DNA from: Vibrio cholerae ATCC 14035
Lineage (GTDB): Bacteria > Pseudomonadota > Gammaproteobacteria > Enterobacterales > Vibrionaceae
Reading direction: 5' to 3'
Assembly (NCBI RefSeq): GCF_000621645.1
Contig: NZ_JHXR01000003.1
Location: 300,001-332,000, forward strand
DNA: 32,000 bases
Shown: positions 8,396 to 18,700 of the stretch, piece by piece
Layout: every line of letters begins with the position of its first letter
Position numbering within the stretch: position 1 is the first letter of the stretch
Position numbers and translations under genes: made by a program
Notes under the pieces: generated by a model
What the model saw: the letters and a program-made list of their open reading frames with translations, nothing else
Database searches by the model: none
Told to the model about the DNA's origin: nothing

Positions 8396-9820
8396 ATGAC
8401 GGTTAAAACTCGTTTTGCGCCTAGTCCAACTGGGTATCTGCACGTTGGTGGTGCGCGTACAGCACTCTATTCTTGGTTATATGCTAAAAGCCAAGGTGGT
8501 GAATTTGTTCTGCGTATTGAAGACACCGACCTAGAACGCTCTACTCAGGCGGCGGTGGATGCCATTATTGAAGGCATGACGTGGTTAGGTTTGGAATGGG
8601 ATGAAGGCCCATACTACCAAACCAAACGTTTTGATCGTTACAACCAAGTGATTGATCAGCTATTGGCAGAAGGCAAAGCCTACAAGTGCTATGCGCCGAA
8701 AGAGCTGCTGGATGAAATCCGTGCTGAGCAAGAAGCCAACAAAGAGATGCCTCGCTACGATGCGAATCATCCAAAAATCAAAGCGGTCAATGATGCGGCA
8801 AAAGAAGGTGAGCCTTGCTGTATCCGTTTCCGTAACCCGAAAGAGGGGAGCGTCGTTTTTGATGACCAAATCCGTGGCCGCATCGAAATCCGTAACGACC
8901 AACTGGATGATCTGATCATCCGTCGTACTGATGGCACTCCAACCTATAACTTCTGTGTAGTCGTGGATGATGTCGATATGGGTATCAGCCATGTGATTCG
9001 TGGTGAAGACCACATCAACAACACGCCACGCCAGATCAACATTTACAAAGCCATGGGCGCGACCATCCCAACCTTTGCGCACTGTGCAATGATCTTGGGT
9101 GATGATGGTGCCAAGCTATCTAAGCGCCATGGCGCGGTTTCTGTAATGCAATACCGTGATGATGGTTACCTCCCAGAAGCGCTGCTGAACTACTTAGTGC
9201 GTTTAGGTTGGGGACATGGCGACCAAGAGATCTTCTCACGCGATGAAATGATCAACTTATTCAGCCTTAACGCAATTTCAAAATCAGCGTCAGCGTTTAA
9301 CACTGACAAACTGCTGTGGTTGAACAACCACTACATCAAGACTTCAGAGCCTGAGTATGTGGCGAAACACCTTGAGTGGCATTTCGAGAACCAAGGCATT
9401 AACAAAGCGACCGGCCCTGCTTTAGCGGAAGTGGTGAAGTTGGTGGGTGAGCGTTGCAATACCTTGGTTGAGCTTGCGCAGCAATCACGTTACTTCTACG
9501 AAGATTTTGCTGAGTTTGATGCTGATGCCGCGAAGAAACACCTGCGTGGTGTGGCAAAAGAGCCACTGATGCTAGCTCTGAGCAAGATTGAAGCGCTGAC
9601 AGAATGGAATACCGAAGCACTGCATCACGTGATCGCACAAGTGTGTGAAGAGCTTGAGATTGGCATGGGTAAAATCGGTATGCCACTGCGTGTTGCTGTG
9701 ACTGGCGGTGGCCAATCGCCTTCTGTGGATGCGGTGATGAACTTGATTGGTCAAGAACGTGTAATTGCACGTATCAAAATGGCACTAGAGTACATCGAAA
9801 CTCGCGAAGCGAATGCATAG
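8396..9820 (+). CDS. gltX: Glutamate--tRNA ligase (474 aa)
   Basis: Class I signatures: HIGH-type [14 protein letters not shown] and KMSKS-type KLSKRHG. The start is trimmed to the ATG at 8396 ([13 protein letters not shown]), which matches the canonical GltX N-terminus. The track extension from 8291 starts at TTG. Confidence 0.95.
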
Positions 9821-9842
9821 TTGTTTGATTGCATAAAAAGCC

Positions 9843-9872
9843 AAAGCCGCAGAACAAACTGCGGCTTTTTTA
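9843..9872 (+). terminator. Rho-independent terminator of gltX
   Basis: AAGCCGCAG-aacaaa-CTGCGGCTT hairpin followed by TTTTTT. Confidence 0.85.
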
Positions 9873-10115
9873 TTATCTTTTGAAGTCTTGTTCTAATTCT
9901 ACCGTTTATAGTTAAGGGTATGTGTTTTAGTCTTTTCTCATTTTTAGCAAAGACGTGACAAAATAATAACCGAAAGGCTCTTTTTCTTTTTATTTCATCC
10001 GCTATAGTGATGCCGACAAAAAGGTGATCTGGCTCGAGTACGAGTTAACCTTTTTGAACGGTCGAGGATCAGCGTATAACTCTCGACAATAATCATAAAG
10101 AAAAAAGGAAATACC

Positions 10116-11081
10116 ATGAAAAAGCTAGCGGCAATTATTTCAGCGACGTTACTTTTTGCTTCTTCTGCGGCAGTGGCAGAGGTGTATGTCGGAGGTAAGG
10201 TCGGTAAATCTTGGTTGGATGACGCGTGTCTAGCTGGTCAATCTTGTGAAGATGATGATCAGGTTGTAGGCGCGTTTCTGGGTTACCAAGCAAACAAATG
10301 GCTCTCTCTGGAAGCAGGCTACGACTACTTAGGTAAGTTTACTGCTGCTGGATTGAATGATGAGAAGGTACAAGCGGTAACGCTAGCACCAAAACTCAGC
10401 ATTCCTCTGACCGAAGGCATTGCGCTGTACGGTAAAGTGGGTGGTGCTTATGTCGATTACGGCAGCAAGGACGACTACTCATACCTAGGTGCAGCAGGCC
10501 TAGAGTTCAACACTAACCACAATGTCACTATGCGTTTGGAATACCAAAACCTGACTGACATTAATAACGACATCGTACGTGCACGCGCAGAAACCGCTAC
10601 ACTCGGTATCGCTTATAAGTTCGGTGGCAGTGAAGAGCCAGCACCAGTGGTAGAACAGCGTCCAGCTGAGCCTGCACCTGTTGCCGCACCAGTCGAGAAA
10701 GTGGCAGTCACTAAAACCTTTACTTTCCAACATCTGGATAGCAGCACCTTTGCTACTGCAAGTGCTGAGCTAAAACCAGCAACGGTTCAGAAGCTGGATA
10801 AAATTGTGGGTTACCTAAACCAATACCCACAAGCAAAAGTAGAAGTAGTTGGTCACACAGACTCAACAGGTTCTGAAGCTTACAACCAAAAACTGTCTGA
10901 GCGTCGTGCTCAAGCAGTAGCGAAAGCACTAGAAGCTCAAGGTATTGATGCATCTCGTATTTCAGCTAAAGGTCTAGGCGAAAGCAGCCCAATCGCTTCT
11001 AACGCGACAGCAGAAGGTCGTGAGAAGAACCGTCGTGTTGAGCTAGTGATCCCTGAATTCCAGTACCAAGTTACTGAATAA
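10116..11081 (+). CDS. ompA: OmpA-family outer-membrane protein (321 aa)
   Basis: Signal peptide ending AVA/E. N-terminal beta-barrel with alternating aromatic residues. Pro/Ala-rich hinge ([22 protein letters not shown]). C-terminal OmpA peptidoglycan-binding domain ([23 protein letters not shown]...NRRVEL). AAGGA RBS. Confidence 0.9.
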   Translation: MKKLAAIISATLLFASSAAVAEVYVGGKVGKSWLDDACLAGQSCEDDDQVVGAFLGYQANKWLSLEAGYDYLGKFTAAGLNDEKVQAVTLAPKLSIPLTEGIALYGKVGGAYVDYGSKDDYSYLGAAGLEFNTNHNVTMRLEYQNLTDINNDIVRARAETATLGIAYKFGGSEEPAPVVEQRPAEPAPVAAPVEKVAVTKTFTFQHLDSSTFATASAELKPATVQKLDKIVGYLNQYPQAKVEVVGHTDSTGSEAYNQKLSERRAQAVAKALEAQGIDASRISAKGLGESSPIASNATAEGREKNRRVELVIPEFQYQVTE

Positions 11082-11108
11082 TTTACGGTAATCATCAAGA
11101 TTCAATCT

Positions 11109-11138
11109 ACAAAGGCCCATTCGGGCCTTTGTTTTTTC
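11109..11138 (+). terminator. Rho-independent terminator of ompA
   Basis: CAAAGGCCC-attc-GGGCCTTTG hairpin followed by TTTTTT. Confidence 0.85.
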
Positions 11139-11169
11139 TGGTGATAACAAAAATCGAGTGAAAAAGGTT

Positions 11170-11676
11170 TTATTTCAGGTCGATACTGTTTAAGCGTCCC
11201 ATAAACACCAAAATATCTAAGCAATCTTTATGCGCGGCCAATAGGGCTTTTTTGGTTTTCGTGTAGGCGGCCAGTTTTCCGTGTTTATTGATGGAGCAGA
11301 CCACGCTGCGGAAGTGGCATTTACCTTGTTCATCGTATTCTCGCCAAGCCGCAATATAACAAGCGTCTCTTGCCGTGGGGTTATCCAAGGTCGGCCTAGG
11401 TTTATGGATGATTTTGGGTTCTAAGCTGTGTGGTAAGCGAGTCATCAAGTAAGGATCTTTTAGGATTCTGCGCCAAAATTTGCCCCACATGGCGGAGCCC
11501 AATTCGTTGCGTAGCAAAATCGCTTTCTTCAATCCTTTCTTTTCACCAAGCCGTACAAACCCGACTGAGCGATGTAAAACCTTATCGTCAGGGGTATGAA
11601 TATGAATTTTATACGCGGTTTTCGCTTTGGATATAAAGCGGTGTCCGGTATTCGTCTCTAGGTTACTTTTCGACAT
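11170..11676 (-). CDS. Hypothetical protein with two AP2-like DNA-binding repeats (168 aa; an upstream ATG at 11868 would give 232 aa)
   Basis: Intact ORF. From MSKSNLETNTGHRFISK... onward the sequence looks protein-like and carries two segments with an AP2/ERF-like pattern (see finding). The 64-codon upstream extension is AT-rich and low-complexity (LLLLLTVLF), so it looks like promoter DNA. There is no strong SD at either ATG, so the start is uncertain. Confidence 0.55.
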   Translation of the reverse strand: MSKSNLETNTGHRFISKAKTAYKIHIHTPDDKVLHRSVGFVRLGEKKGLKKAILLRNELGSAMWGKFWRRILKDPYLMTRLPHSLEPKIIHKPRPTLDNPTARDACYIAAWREYDEQGKCHFRSVVCSINKHGKLAAYTKTKKALLAAHKDCLDILVFMGRLNSIDLK

Positions 11677-11995
11677 GACGTGTTTTATAAATAAAACTGT
11701 TAATAGTAATAATAGAGGCTTTTGGCTAGCACGAGAAGAAATGTGCTGTAGGAATGACCAAAGATTGACATAGTAAGCTTTACTCTGACCTTGTATCCTC
11801 TTCCTACTTGAAGCAGTAGCGGTGTTGGCTACGTTCGCCCCCCAATCACAGTGTTTATCTATATTCATGGAGATGAACTCTCTTGTCGCCTACCTGCAAC
11901 TCCAAGTCGTTTGGGTATAGTGACGCTATTTACGTTTTCGCTTCTCTCTACTTCCCCTGCAACGCTCTTTCTATCTAAGCAATGTGCTCATAAAT

Positions 11996-12042
11996 GCAAA
12001 TGAGAATGCTTTACATTTGATTTGTGAATTATTAAGATTCTC
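11996..12042. promoter_or_regulatory. Two adjacent Fur-box-like sites in the viuA upstream region
   Basis: GCAAATGAGAATGCTTTAC (11996-12014) and GTGAATTATTAAGATTCTC (12024-12042) each match GATAATGATAATCATTATC at 12/19 by my count. viuA is known to be Fur/iron regulated. Both sites lie about 250 nt upstream of the viuA ATG. Confidence 0.4.
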
Positions 12043-12287
12043 AATGATGTACGTTCTATGCAACTCAGTGTCTTGGTTAAACCGTGGCTCAGTGCATTGT
12101 TACTGTATGTTCGTCGGAATACTTGCAATCAAGCGCATGGACTTGAGTCATGGTTTAGCAGTGCTGTTTTGTTTTGCCGCGTACTTTTTCGTTCTGGTAT
12201 TTGTCATTGAAAACGAAGGAAGCCTCTCATCTCCATACTGGCCTGAGCGCAGTGTAGTGGTTAATTTAGAGTTAAGGAGAAATTCAA

Positions 12288-14351
12288 ATGGCAGTTTTAT
12301 GCCCAGCGCGAGTCAGTGTTGCAGAGAACAAAAAGTTTAAATTGCACACCTTGTCGGCGATGATGATGGGGCTTTTCACGGGCAGTTTTGCCTATGCGGA
12401 AACGCAGAATACGAGTAATCAAGAGCAAGAAATGCCCGTGTTGGTCGTGATTGGCGAAAAAACACAACGCAGCATTTATGAGACGAGCGCGAGTGTCGAA
12501 GTGTTTGATCAAGACACGATTGAGAGAACACCCGGCGCAACAGAGATTGATGATCTCCTACAACTGATCCCAAACCTTGTCGATTCGGGTCAAAGCAACA
12601 ATATGCCCACGATTCGAGGTATCGATGGCTCGGGGCCTTCCGTTGGGGGCTTGGCCAGTTTTGCTGGCACATCACCTCGCTTAAATATGTCGATTGACGG
12701 TCGTTCGCTGACTTATTCTGAAATTGCTTTTGGCCCTCGTTCACTCTGGGATATGCAGCAAGTGGAGATCTATTTAGGGCCACAGAGCTACATTCAAGGG
12801 CGAAATACCTCGGCGGGCGCGATTGTGATGAAGTCTAACGACCCTACTCATCATTTTGAAAGTGCGGTAAAAGCAGGTATTGGCGAAAGCGATTATTCGC
12901 AAACAGCGGGTATGATCTCTGCACCTATTATTCAAGATGAGTTGGCATTTCGTTTGAGTTTTGATCAGCAGAAGCGGGATAGTTTTGTCGATCTTGCTGC
13001 TTTTGAACCCGCGGGCGATCCTAAAAAAATCGAGATGAATTCGGTGCGCGGTAAGCTGCTGTACGAACCTTCCGCACTGGATGGTTTTAAAACCACGTTA
13101 ACGCTCTCTCATATGGATTCTCGTGGGCCACAAACAGAAAACATTAATGTGGCGGGTAACGAAGCCTTCCGACCGGTTTATGAGACAGCCTCGTTCACGA
13201 CGGCGTGGGATATTATCTGGCATCTCAACGACCTCTTCACTTTTGAAAACAATCTGGTGTATGCCGATTTCAGCTATGACCGTTATACCAATCCCAATAG
13301 CCGAGGGGATTTCAATACCGATGGTAAAGAATTCCATATCGAACCGTTATTACGCTATATCGCACTGGATGGTAGCGTGAATACGCTGATTGGGGCGCGT
13401 TACTACCAATCTTCACAGGATGATATGTACATTGATGCGGCCAGTGCATATCCGATGGATGGTCGCACTAAAGCCAAATCCGTTTTTGCGGAAGTCACTT
13501 ATGCGTTAACGCCTTCTATCAATGTGAATTTGGCTGGCCGATTTGAAAGAGAGCAGGTTAAGCGAAACGTCTCGCACCCAAGATACAAGCTTGATTACGA
13601 TGAAACATCCAGCGTATTTTTGCCTAAGCTCGATGTGGCATATACACCAGTGCAAGGGCAGACCTATGGGATTAAAGCGGCTAAAGGTTACAATGCGAGT
13701 GGGGCAGGACTAGCCTTTAACTCGATGCAATTTACAGGTTTTAGGCCCTACGAGTTTGAACAGGAATCGATTTGGAACTATGAGTTTTACACCCGTCACC
13801 GTTTCAGCCATTCTGTCGAAGTGTTGACTAACCTTTTCTATAACGATTTTGACAGTATGCAGATGACGCAAACCACATCCAGTGGTGATGTGTTTATCGC
13901 TAACCTTGATGAAGCGAGCACTTACGGCGCTGAAATCGGATCACGTTGGTATGCGACCTCTTCACTCGAACTTTTTGCCAACCTAGGGCTTTTGAAAACC
14001 GAGTTCAAAGAAACCACCGGAAACACCAAAGAGCTGCCTCGAGCACCGAAAATGTCAGCCAATGTTGGTCTGCTTTATGATTTTGGCCAAGGGTTTGAGT
14101 TCAGTAGTAATGCGGCTTATACCGGAAGCTATTTCTCGGAGAGTGGCAATTCAGAAAAATTTGCGATTGACTCATATTGGGTTGCCAATGCTCAGTTAGC
14201 CTATGTTTTTGAGCATGGACGAGCAACCTTGTATGCCACTAACTTATTGGATTCTGATAAAACAACGCTTTATCTCTCAACCAATAATACGCTTGACCAA
14301 CTTAAACAGCAGCCTCGCATGATTGGTGCATCGGTGCAGTTGAATTTCTAA
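12288..14351 (+). CDS. viuA: TonB-dependent ferric-vibriobactin outer-membrane receptor ViuA (687 aa)
   Basis: AGGAG RBS. Signal peptide ending FAYA/E. TonB-box-like PVLVVIG. Plug plus 22-strand-barrel length and a terminal aromatic residue (QLNF). The 687-aa length equals the published ViuA size as I recall it. Confidence 0.93.
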   Translation: MAVLCPARVSVAENKKFKLHTLSAMMMGLFTGSFAYAETQNTSNQEQEMPVLVVIGEKTQRSIYETSASVEVFDQDTIERTPGATEIDDLLQLIPNLVDSGQSNNMPTIRGIDGSGPSVGGLASFAGTSPRLNMSIDGRSLTYSEIAFGPRSLWDMQQVEIYLGPQSYIQGRNTSAGAIVMKSNDPTHHFESAVKAGIGESDYSQTAGMISAPIIQDELAFRLSFDQQKRDSFVDLAAFEPAGDPKKIEMNSVRGKLLYEPSALDGFKTTLTLSHMDSRGPQTENINVAGNEAFRPVYETASFTTAWDIIWHLNDLFTFENNLVYADFSYDRYTNPNSRGDFNTDGKEFHIEPLLRYIALDGSVNTLIGARYYQSSQDDMYIDAASAYPMDGRTKAKSVFAEVTYALTPSINVNLAGRFEREQVKRNVSHPRYKLDYDETSSVFLPKLDVAYTPVQGQTYGIKAAKGYNASGAGLAFNSMQFTGFRPYEFEQESIWNYEFYTRHRFSHSVEVLTNLFYNDFDSMQMTQTTSSGDVFIANLDEASTYGAEIGSRWYATSSLELFANLGLLKTEFKETTGNTKELPRAPKMSANVGLLYDFGQGFEFSSNAAYTGSYFSESGNSEKFAIDSYWVANAQLAYVFEHGRATLYATNLLDSDKTTLYLSTNNTLDQLKQQPRMIGASVQLNF

Positions 14352-14380
14352 ATGATATTTCAAATGGACTGAAACAAAAC

Positions 14381-14414
14381 AACGCCTCTAAGTCAGCTGA
14401 GAGGCGTTTTTTTA
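14381..14414 (+). terminator. Rho-independent terminator of viuA
   Basis: ACGCCTC...GAGGCGT hairpin followed by TTTTTTT. Confidence 0.8.
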
Positions 14415-14512
14415 TGTTCGCATTTAAGTCTTGAGCTGAGCTCTCGAGGTTAAACCATATCCTAAGAATCTGGGCTCCCTTGGTTAAGTTGATCGACAGT
14501 TGTGTAAAATTG

Positions 14513-14531
14513 GTTAATGATATACATTCTC
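14513..14531. promoter_or_regulatory. Fur box upstream of viuB
   Basis: GTTAATGATATACATTCTC matches the 19-bp Fur consensus at 15/19. It lies about 125 nt upstream of the viuB ATG. Confidence 0.7.
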
Positions 14532-14654
14532 ATTTGAATTGATTGTTTACAGGGCCGAACCATTGTTTTTCAACTGGGGCAGAACGTTGGGAGGATTGAG
14601 TGAATGACACTCCCAGCAAGGTTGGCTAAGGCATAAGATAAATTAGGTGAAAGA

Positions 14655-15470
14655 ATGAGTAACGAAGTCGAGCGCGTTTATCCGAGATTACTGGATTTTG
14701 TGCGTAAAAAATATGTATCAAAAAACCTACTTCGAGTGACACTGACTGGTGAGGATTTAATTGGATTCCCCGAAGATCAAAATGGGTCACACATTAAGGT
14801 TTTTTTCCCTAATCAGGCGAGTGGCATACTCCAATTACCGATTCGTGAGGGTGATAAAGTCATTTGGCCAGAGCATAAACCGGTTCCGCGAGCGTATACC
14901 GTTAGACAATACCGAGCACAGAGCAATGAGCTTGATATCGATTTTGTTGTGCATGGAGAAGGAACACCGGGTGGTGGATGGGCGCTAAAAGCTCAAACTG
15001 GTTCACAACTCGGTTTGATAGGTCCCGGTGGGCCAGACCCTCTTATTGAGCCAGCAGATTGGCATATTATGGCTGGCGATCTCTCTGCTGTGCCTGCGAT
15101 CAGTGCCATTTTAGAAAAAATGCCTAGTCAGGCCAAAGGTTATGTATTTCTTGAAGTGGATGATATCGAAGATAAGCATGATATCTCCCATCCAGAACAG
15201 ATGGTGATTAAGTGGTTAGTGCGCGATCCTAATCAGGCGCAACCCGTTTTGGCGATGGCGATTGAACAACTGCCAGTACCGCAAGGCGCAGAGTCGCTTT
15301 CTGCTTTTGTGGCAGGAGAAAATGAGAGCGTTATTGCGTGTCGTAAAATTTTGCGCAATGAATATCGAATCGCAAGAGATAAGATTTACGCCATTCCTTA
15401 TTGGAAGCGCGGTAAAAACGAAGAGGCGTACCACGAAGAGCGCCATGTGGTGATGGATGAAGAGTTTTAA
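14655..15470 (+). CDS. viuB: Vibriobactin utilization protein ViuB, siderophore-interacting FAD-dependent ferric reductase (271 aa)
   Basis: SIP-family layout with the FAD-binding RAYTVR motif and a C-terminal NAD(P)H-binding half. AGGTGA RBS. The 271-aa length matches published ViuB. Confidence 0.92.
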   Translation: MSNEVERVYPRLLDFVRKKYVSKNLLRVTLTGEDLIGFPEDQNGSHIKVFFPNQASGILQLPIREGDKVIWPEHKPVPRAYTVRQYRAQSNELDIDFVVHGEGTPGGGWALKAQTGSQLGLIGPGGPDPLIEPADWHIMAGDLSAVPAISAILEKMPSQAKGYVFLEVDDIEDKHDISHPEQMVIKWLVRDPNQAQPVLAMAIEQLPVPQGAESLSAFVAGENESVIACRKILRNEYRIARDKIYAIPYWKRGKNEEAYHEERHVVMDEEF

Positions 15471-15513
15471 CCTCTGACTCAGCACGGATTTCATTCACCT
15501 TGCCTGTTAATGT

Positions 15514-15537
15514 GGTAAGCCCCATCAGGGGCTTACC
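15514..15537 (+). terminator. Possible terminator or stabilising hairpin after viuB
   Basis: Perfect 10-bp stem GGTAAGCCCC-atca-GGGGCTTACC, but no immediate U-tract (only a CT-rich run follows). Confidence 0.35.
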
Positions 15538-15625
15538 AACCCCTCTCTTTTCCCTTCCTACAAAGCTTCTGATGTGTTGGCTGCGTTCGTGACTTTTTCA
15601 ATCTCGAGGCTGACCGATTTCGCTC

Positions 15626-15657
15626 TTTACATGTAATTGATAATGATTATTATTAAC
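15626..15657 (+). promoter_or_regulatory. vibF promoter overlapped by a Fur box
   Basis: TTTACA (15626-15631), a 16-nt spacer, then TATTAT (15648-15653). GATAATGATTATTATTAAC (15639-15657) matches the Fur consensus at 16/19 and covers the spacer and the -10. Confidence 0.75.
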
Positions 15658-15727
15658 TAAAATTTACACATTAATGCGTTGCAAGACGATGTGTACCGAG
15701 TAAAGGGATGAATCTGTGGGTTTAAAG

Positions 15728-18700
15728 ATGAAAGAAATGACAGCAATGCAAGCGGCTTATTGGCTAGGGCGTCAACACGACTGCTTGCTCGATGGTGTGG
15801 CCGCGCATCTCTACGCCGAATTTGATGGTCAAGCATTAAATCGACAGGCGCTAACGGAAGCGGTACGTGCGCTGTACGCGAAACATCCCATGTTACGTTT
15901 AGCGATCACCAAGGATGGACAGCAGAAGATCTTGCCGCTCTCAACTTTCCATCAGCTTAAAGTGGATGACCTATCACAATGGAAGCCAGATGAGGTGGAG
16001 TCTTTTGTGCATACTAAGCGCCAGCGAATGACCCACCAGATGCTCGATTTAACTCAGGGAAACCCGATTGAGATCAGCTTGACTCTGTTGCCTGAGGGCA
16101 AACACCGATTACACATTGATGCGGATATGATTGCGTGTGATGCACAAAGTTTTCGGCTGTTGGTGGACGATCTCACCTCACTCTATTTAGAGGCCATAGA
16201 GCATCGATTAGAGATCATTGAGTCTGATGTGGTGACTTTTTTCCAATATCTTGATGCTCAGCAAGCCGATCGTGCTTTGGCAAAACGCAAAGAGGTGGAT
16301 AAGAAATGGTGGCAAGAGCGTCTTGCGACGATTCCCGCCGAGCCAAGTTTGCCTTATCAACCCGTACCAACCGACGCCGTTAGCGCAAACAGCCAAAGGT
16401 TTGCACACTGGTTCACTCCAGTGGAGCGCAAAGGGTTGGCGGAGGTTGCGCGGCAACATCATCTCACACTGACCCAACTGACATTGGCACTCTTTTCACA
16501 AGTGATTGCCAATGCTTGCCAAGAGAGACAATTTCGACTCAATGTACCTACATTCCATCGCGGCAATCGCTCTTTGGATATTGAACACACGATCGGCGAT
16601 TTTTCCAATTTGCTGATTTTTAGCGCCGATGTGGGAACGACTCAGACCCTGTTAAGCCTGTGTCAGCAAACGGCTAACCAACTGCATCAATTACTTCGCC
16701 ATGAAAGCTATTCAGGGGTTAGCGTGATGCGCGATTTATCGCGGAAACAGGGTGGGGTGCAGCGTTCACCGATAGTCTTTACCTCAGGCATGGAAATGCG
16801 AGACGAGGAGATCTTTTCCGATCATGTCACTCAGCATTTAGGGCGTATGAATTGGGTGATTTCGCAGGGAGCGCAGGTGACTCTCGATGCGCAAATTGCT
16901 CCGGCTTATGAAGGGATTTTGCTCAATTGGGATGTGCGAATGGAAAACTTCGCTGATAAGGACATCACAGCGCTTTTCGCGCATTACGTTGATTTGATCC
17001 GCTGTGTGGCGCTGCATCCTGAGATGATGCAGCAAAGCGTACAACAGATTGACGCGCAACTCGGTTATGCTCGCCGCGAGTCGATTCAGGAGATGCCACT
17101 GACCCCTTTACAACAAGCTTACTTGCTAGGTCGCTCAACCCAAATTGCCTTAGGCGGCGTCGCGATGCATGAGTTTCGTGAGTATCGAGGTCACATCGAC
17201 ACTCAGTCACTGCATAGCCGTCTGCTCTATCTCGTTGAGCATATTCCTGCCTTGAGAACTCGCATTGATCAAGAGAAATGGATTCAGTGGGTCTCTCCTT
17301 GCATAGCGTTAAATTGGCAAGCCATCGATTTACAGCATCTTTCCCGCGAACAAGCCTTATTAGCGGTTGAGCCAGTCAGGCAGCAATATCAGCAGCGGAT
17401 GCATGATTTAACGCGCTCGCCCTGGCAAATCTGTGTGGTGCAACTGCCAATAGAAGAGCAAGAGGAGTTCAGCTCCATCGTATTGACCAGCTTTGATGCT
17501 TTGATTGTCGATGGTCGCACCCATGCACTCATTCTTGCTGCACTACTAGGAAGCGAAGAACCCGATATAACTCAGGTGGTGCAAAATGCTCGTGATACTC
17601 AGTCCATCTCGCCGCAATTCGCCTCCAAAAAAGCGCAAGATGAAGCGTATTGGAAAAGCAAACTTCATCCTGATTGCCCGCCGCCAGCACTGCCTTGGAA
17701 ACAAGCATTAGAGACGATCACTACGTCTCGTTATGCTCGTGAAAGTTTGCAAATACCCAAAGAGAGTGTCGGTAAGCTCAATCGATGCGGCATTGAAAAT
17801 GGCTTATTTCTCAATTCCTTGCTGACAGCAACCATCTTGGACGTGCTCTCCTATTGGACAACCGAAATCGGGATGCGAGTGGGTTTTCCGGTATTAATTC
17901 CAAGCAGTAATGCGATTGATGGCAATGAGTCATCCTTTGTGATCTTAGAGCATGAAAAATCCACCCTGAGTTTGCTGAGCCAAGCGAGCAAGCTACAGCG
18001 TGAGATGCTAGAGGCTCTTGAGCATCTTGCTTTTTCTGGCGTCGATCTTAACCGTCTGTTGATGAATCAAGCGCCGCAAGCTCTGGTGCTGCCGGTTGTG
18101 TTAACCAATGGTTTGTCTTGGAAAACCCTGAATCCAGAGGATGCTGTCACTCTGTTCGATGGGGTAACGCAAACTCCGCAGGTGGCTTTAGATATTCGCT
18201 TAACTTACGACGAGCAGAAAAACCTCATCATCAGCTTTGATTATGCTTTAGCGGTTTTAGAGACTGAGCTTATCCGCGAGATGTTAAGTGCCTTACATCA
18301 TCGCTTGAGTCAGATCACTTCGTCAGCATCATTGGCCGCGCCGCTTGAGCCATGTATCGACCTTTCACACTACCGTTTTAATAGCGATGAGTCGGCCAGT
18401 CACGATTGCGATTTTCTTGCCAAGTTAGCGCAGCAATTGTTTGTCCGCACAGAGGATAAAACCGCTGTGATCTGCGGTGAACAAACCCTTTCTTATGCTC
18501 AATTGGGTGAGCAGGTTCAGCGCGTGATGTGGCAGCTCAAAGCGCGAGGGTTGACCACAGGAAATGTGCTCGCCATTTGCTTGCCACGCAGTGTTGAACA
18601 TATCGTCATCAGTTTGGCTTCTGCACTTTCGGGGATTATCTGGGTACCTATTGATGCTGCGTCTCCCAAAGAGCGTCTGAATTACCTTTTAGAAAATTGT

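Noticed and set aside
11677-11868. 64-codon N-terminal extension of the AP2-like ORF (track start at 11868)
   Set aside because: The segment is AT-rich and low-complexity (LLLLLTVLF arising from an ATTATTACTATTAACAG-type stretch) and looks like promoter DNA. It is kept only as an alternative start.
11984-12340. 118-aa plus-strand ORF upstream of and overlapping the viuA start
   Set aside because: It starts at a non-ATG codon inside the Fur-box/promoter region, has no SD, runs out of frame into viuA, and has hydrophobic low-complexity content typical of AT-rich leaders.
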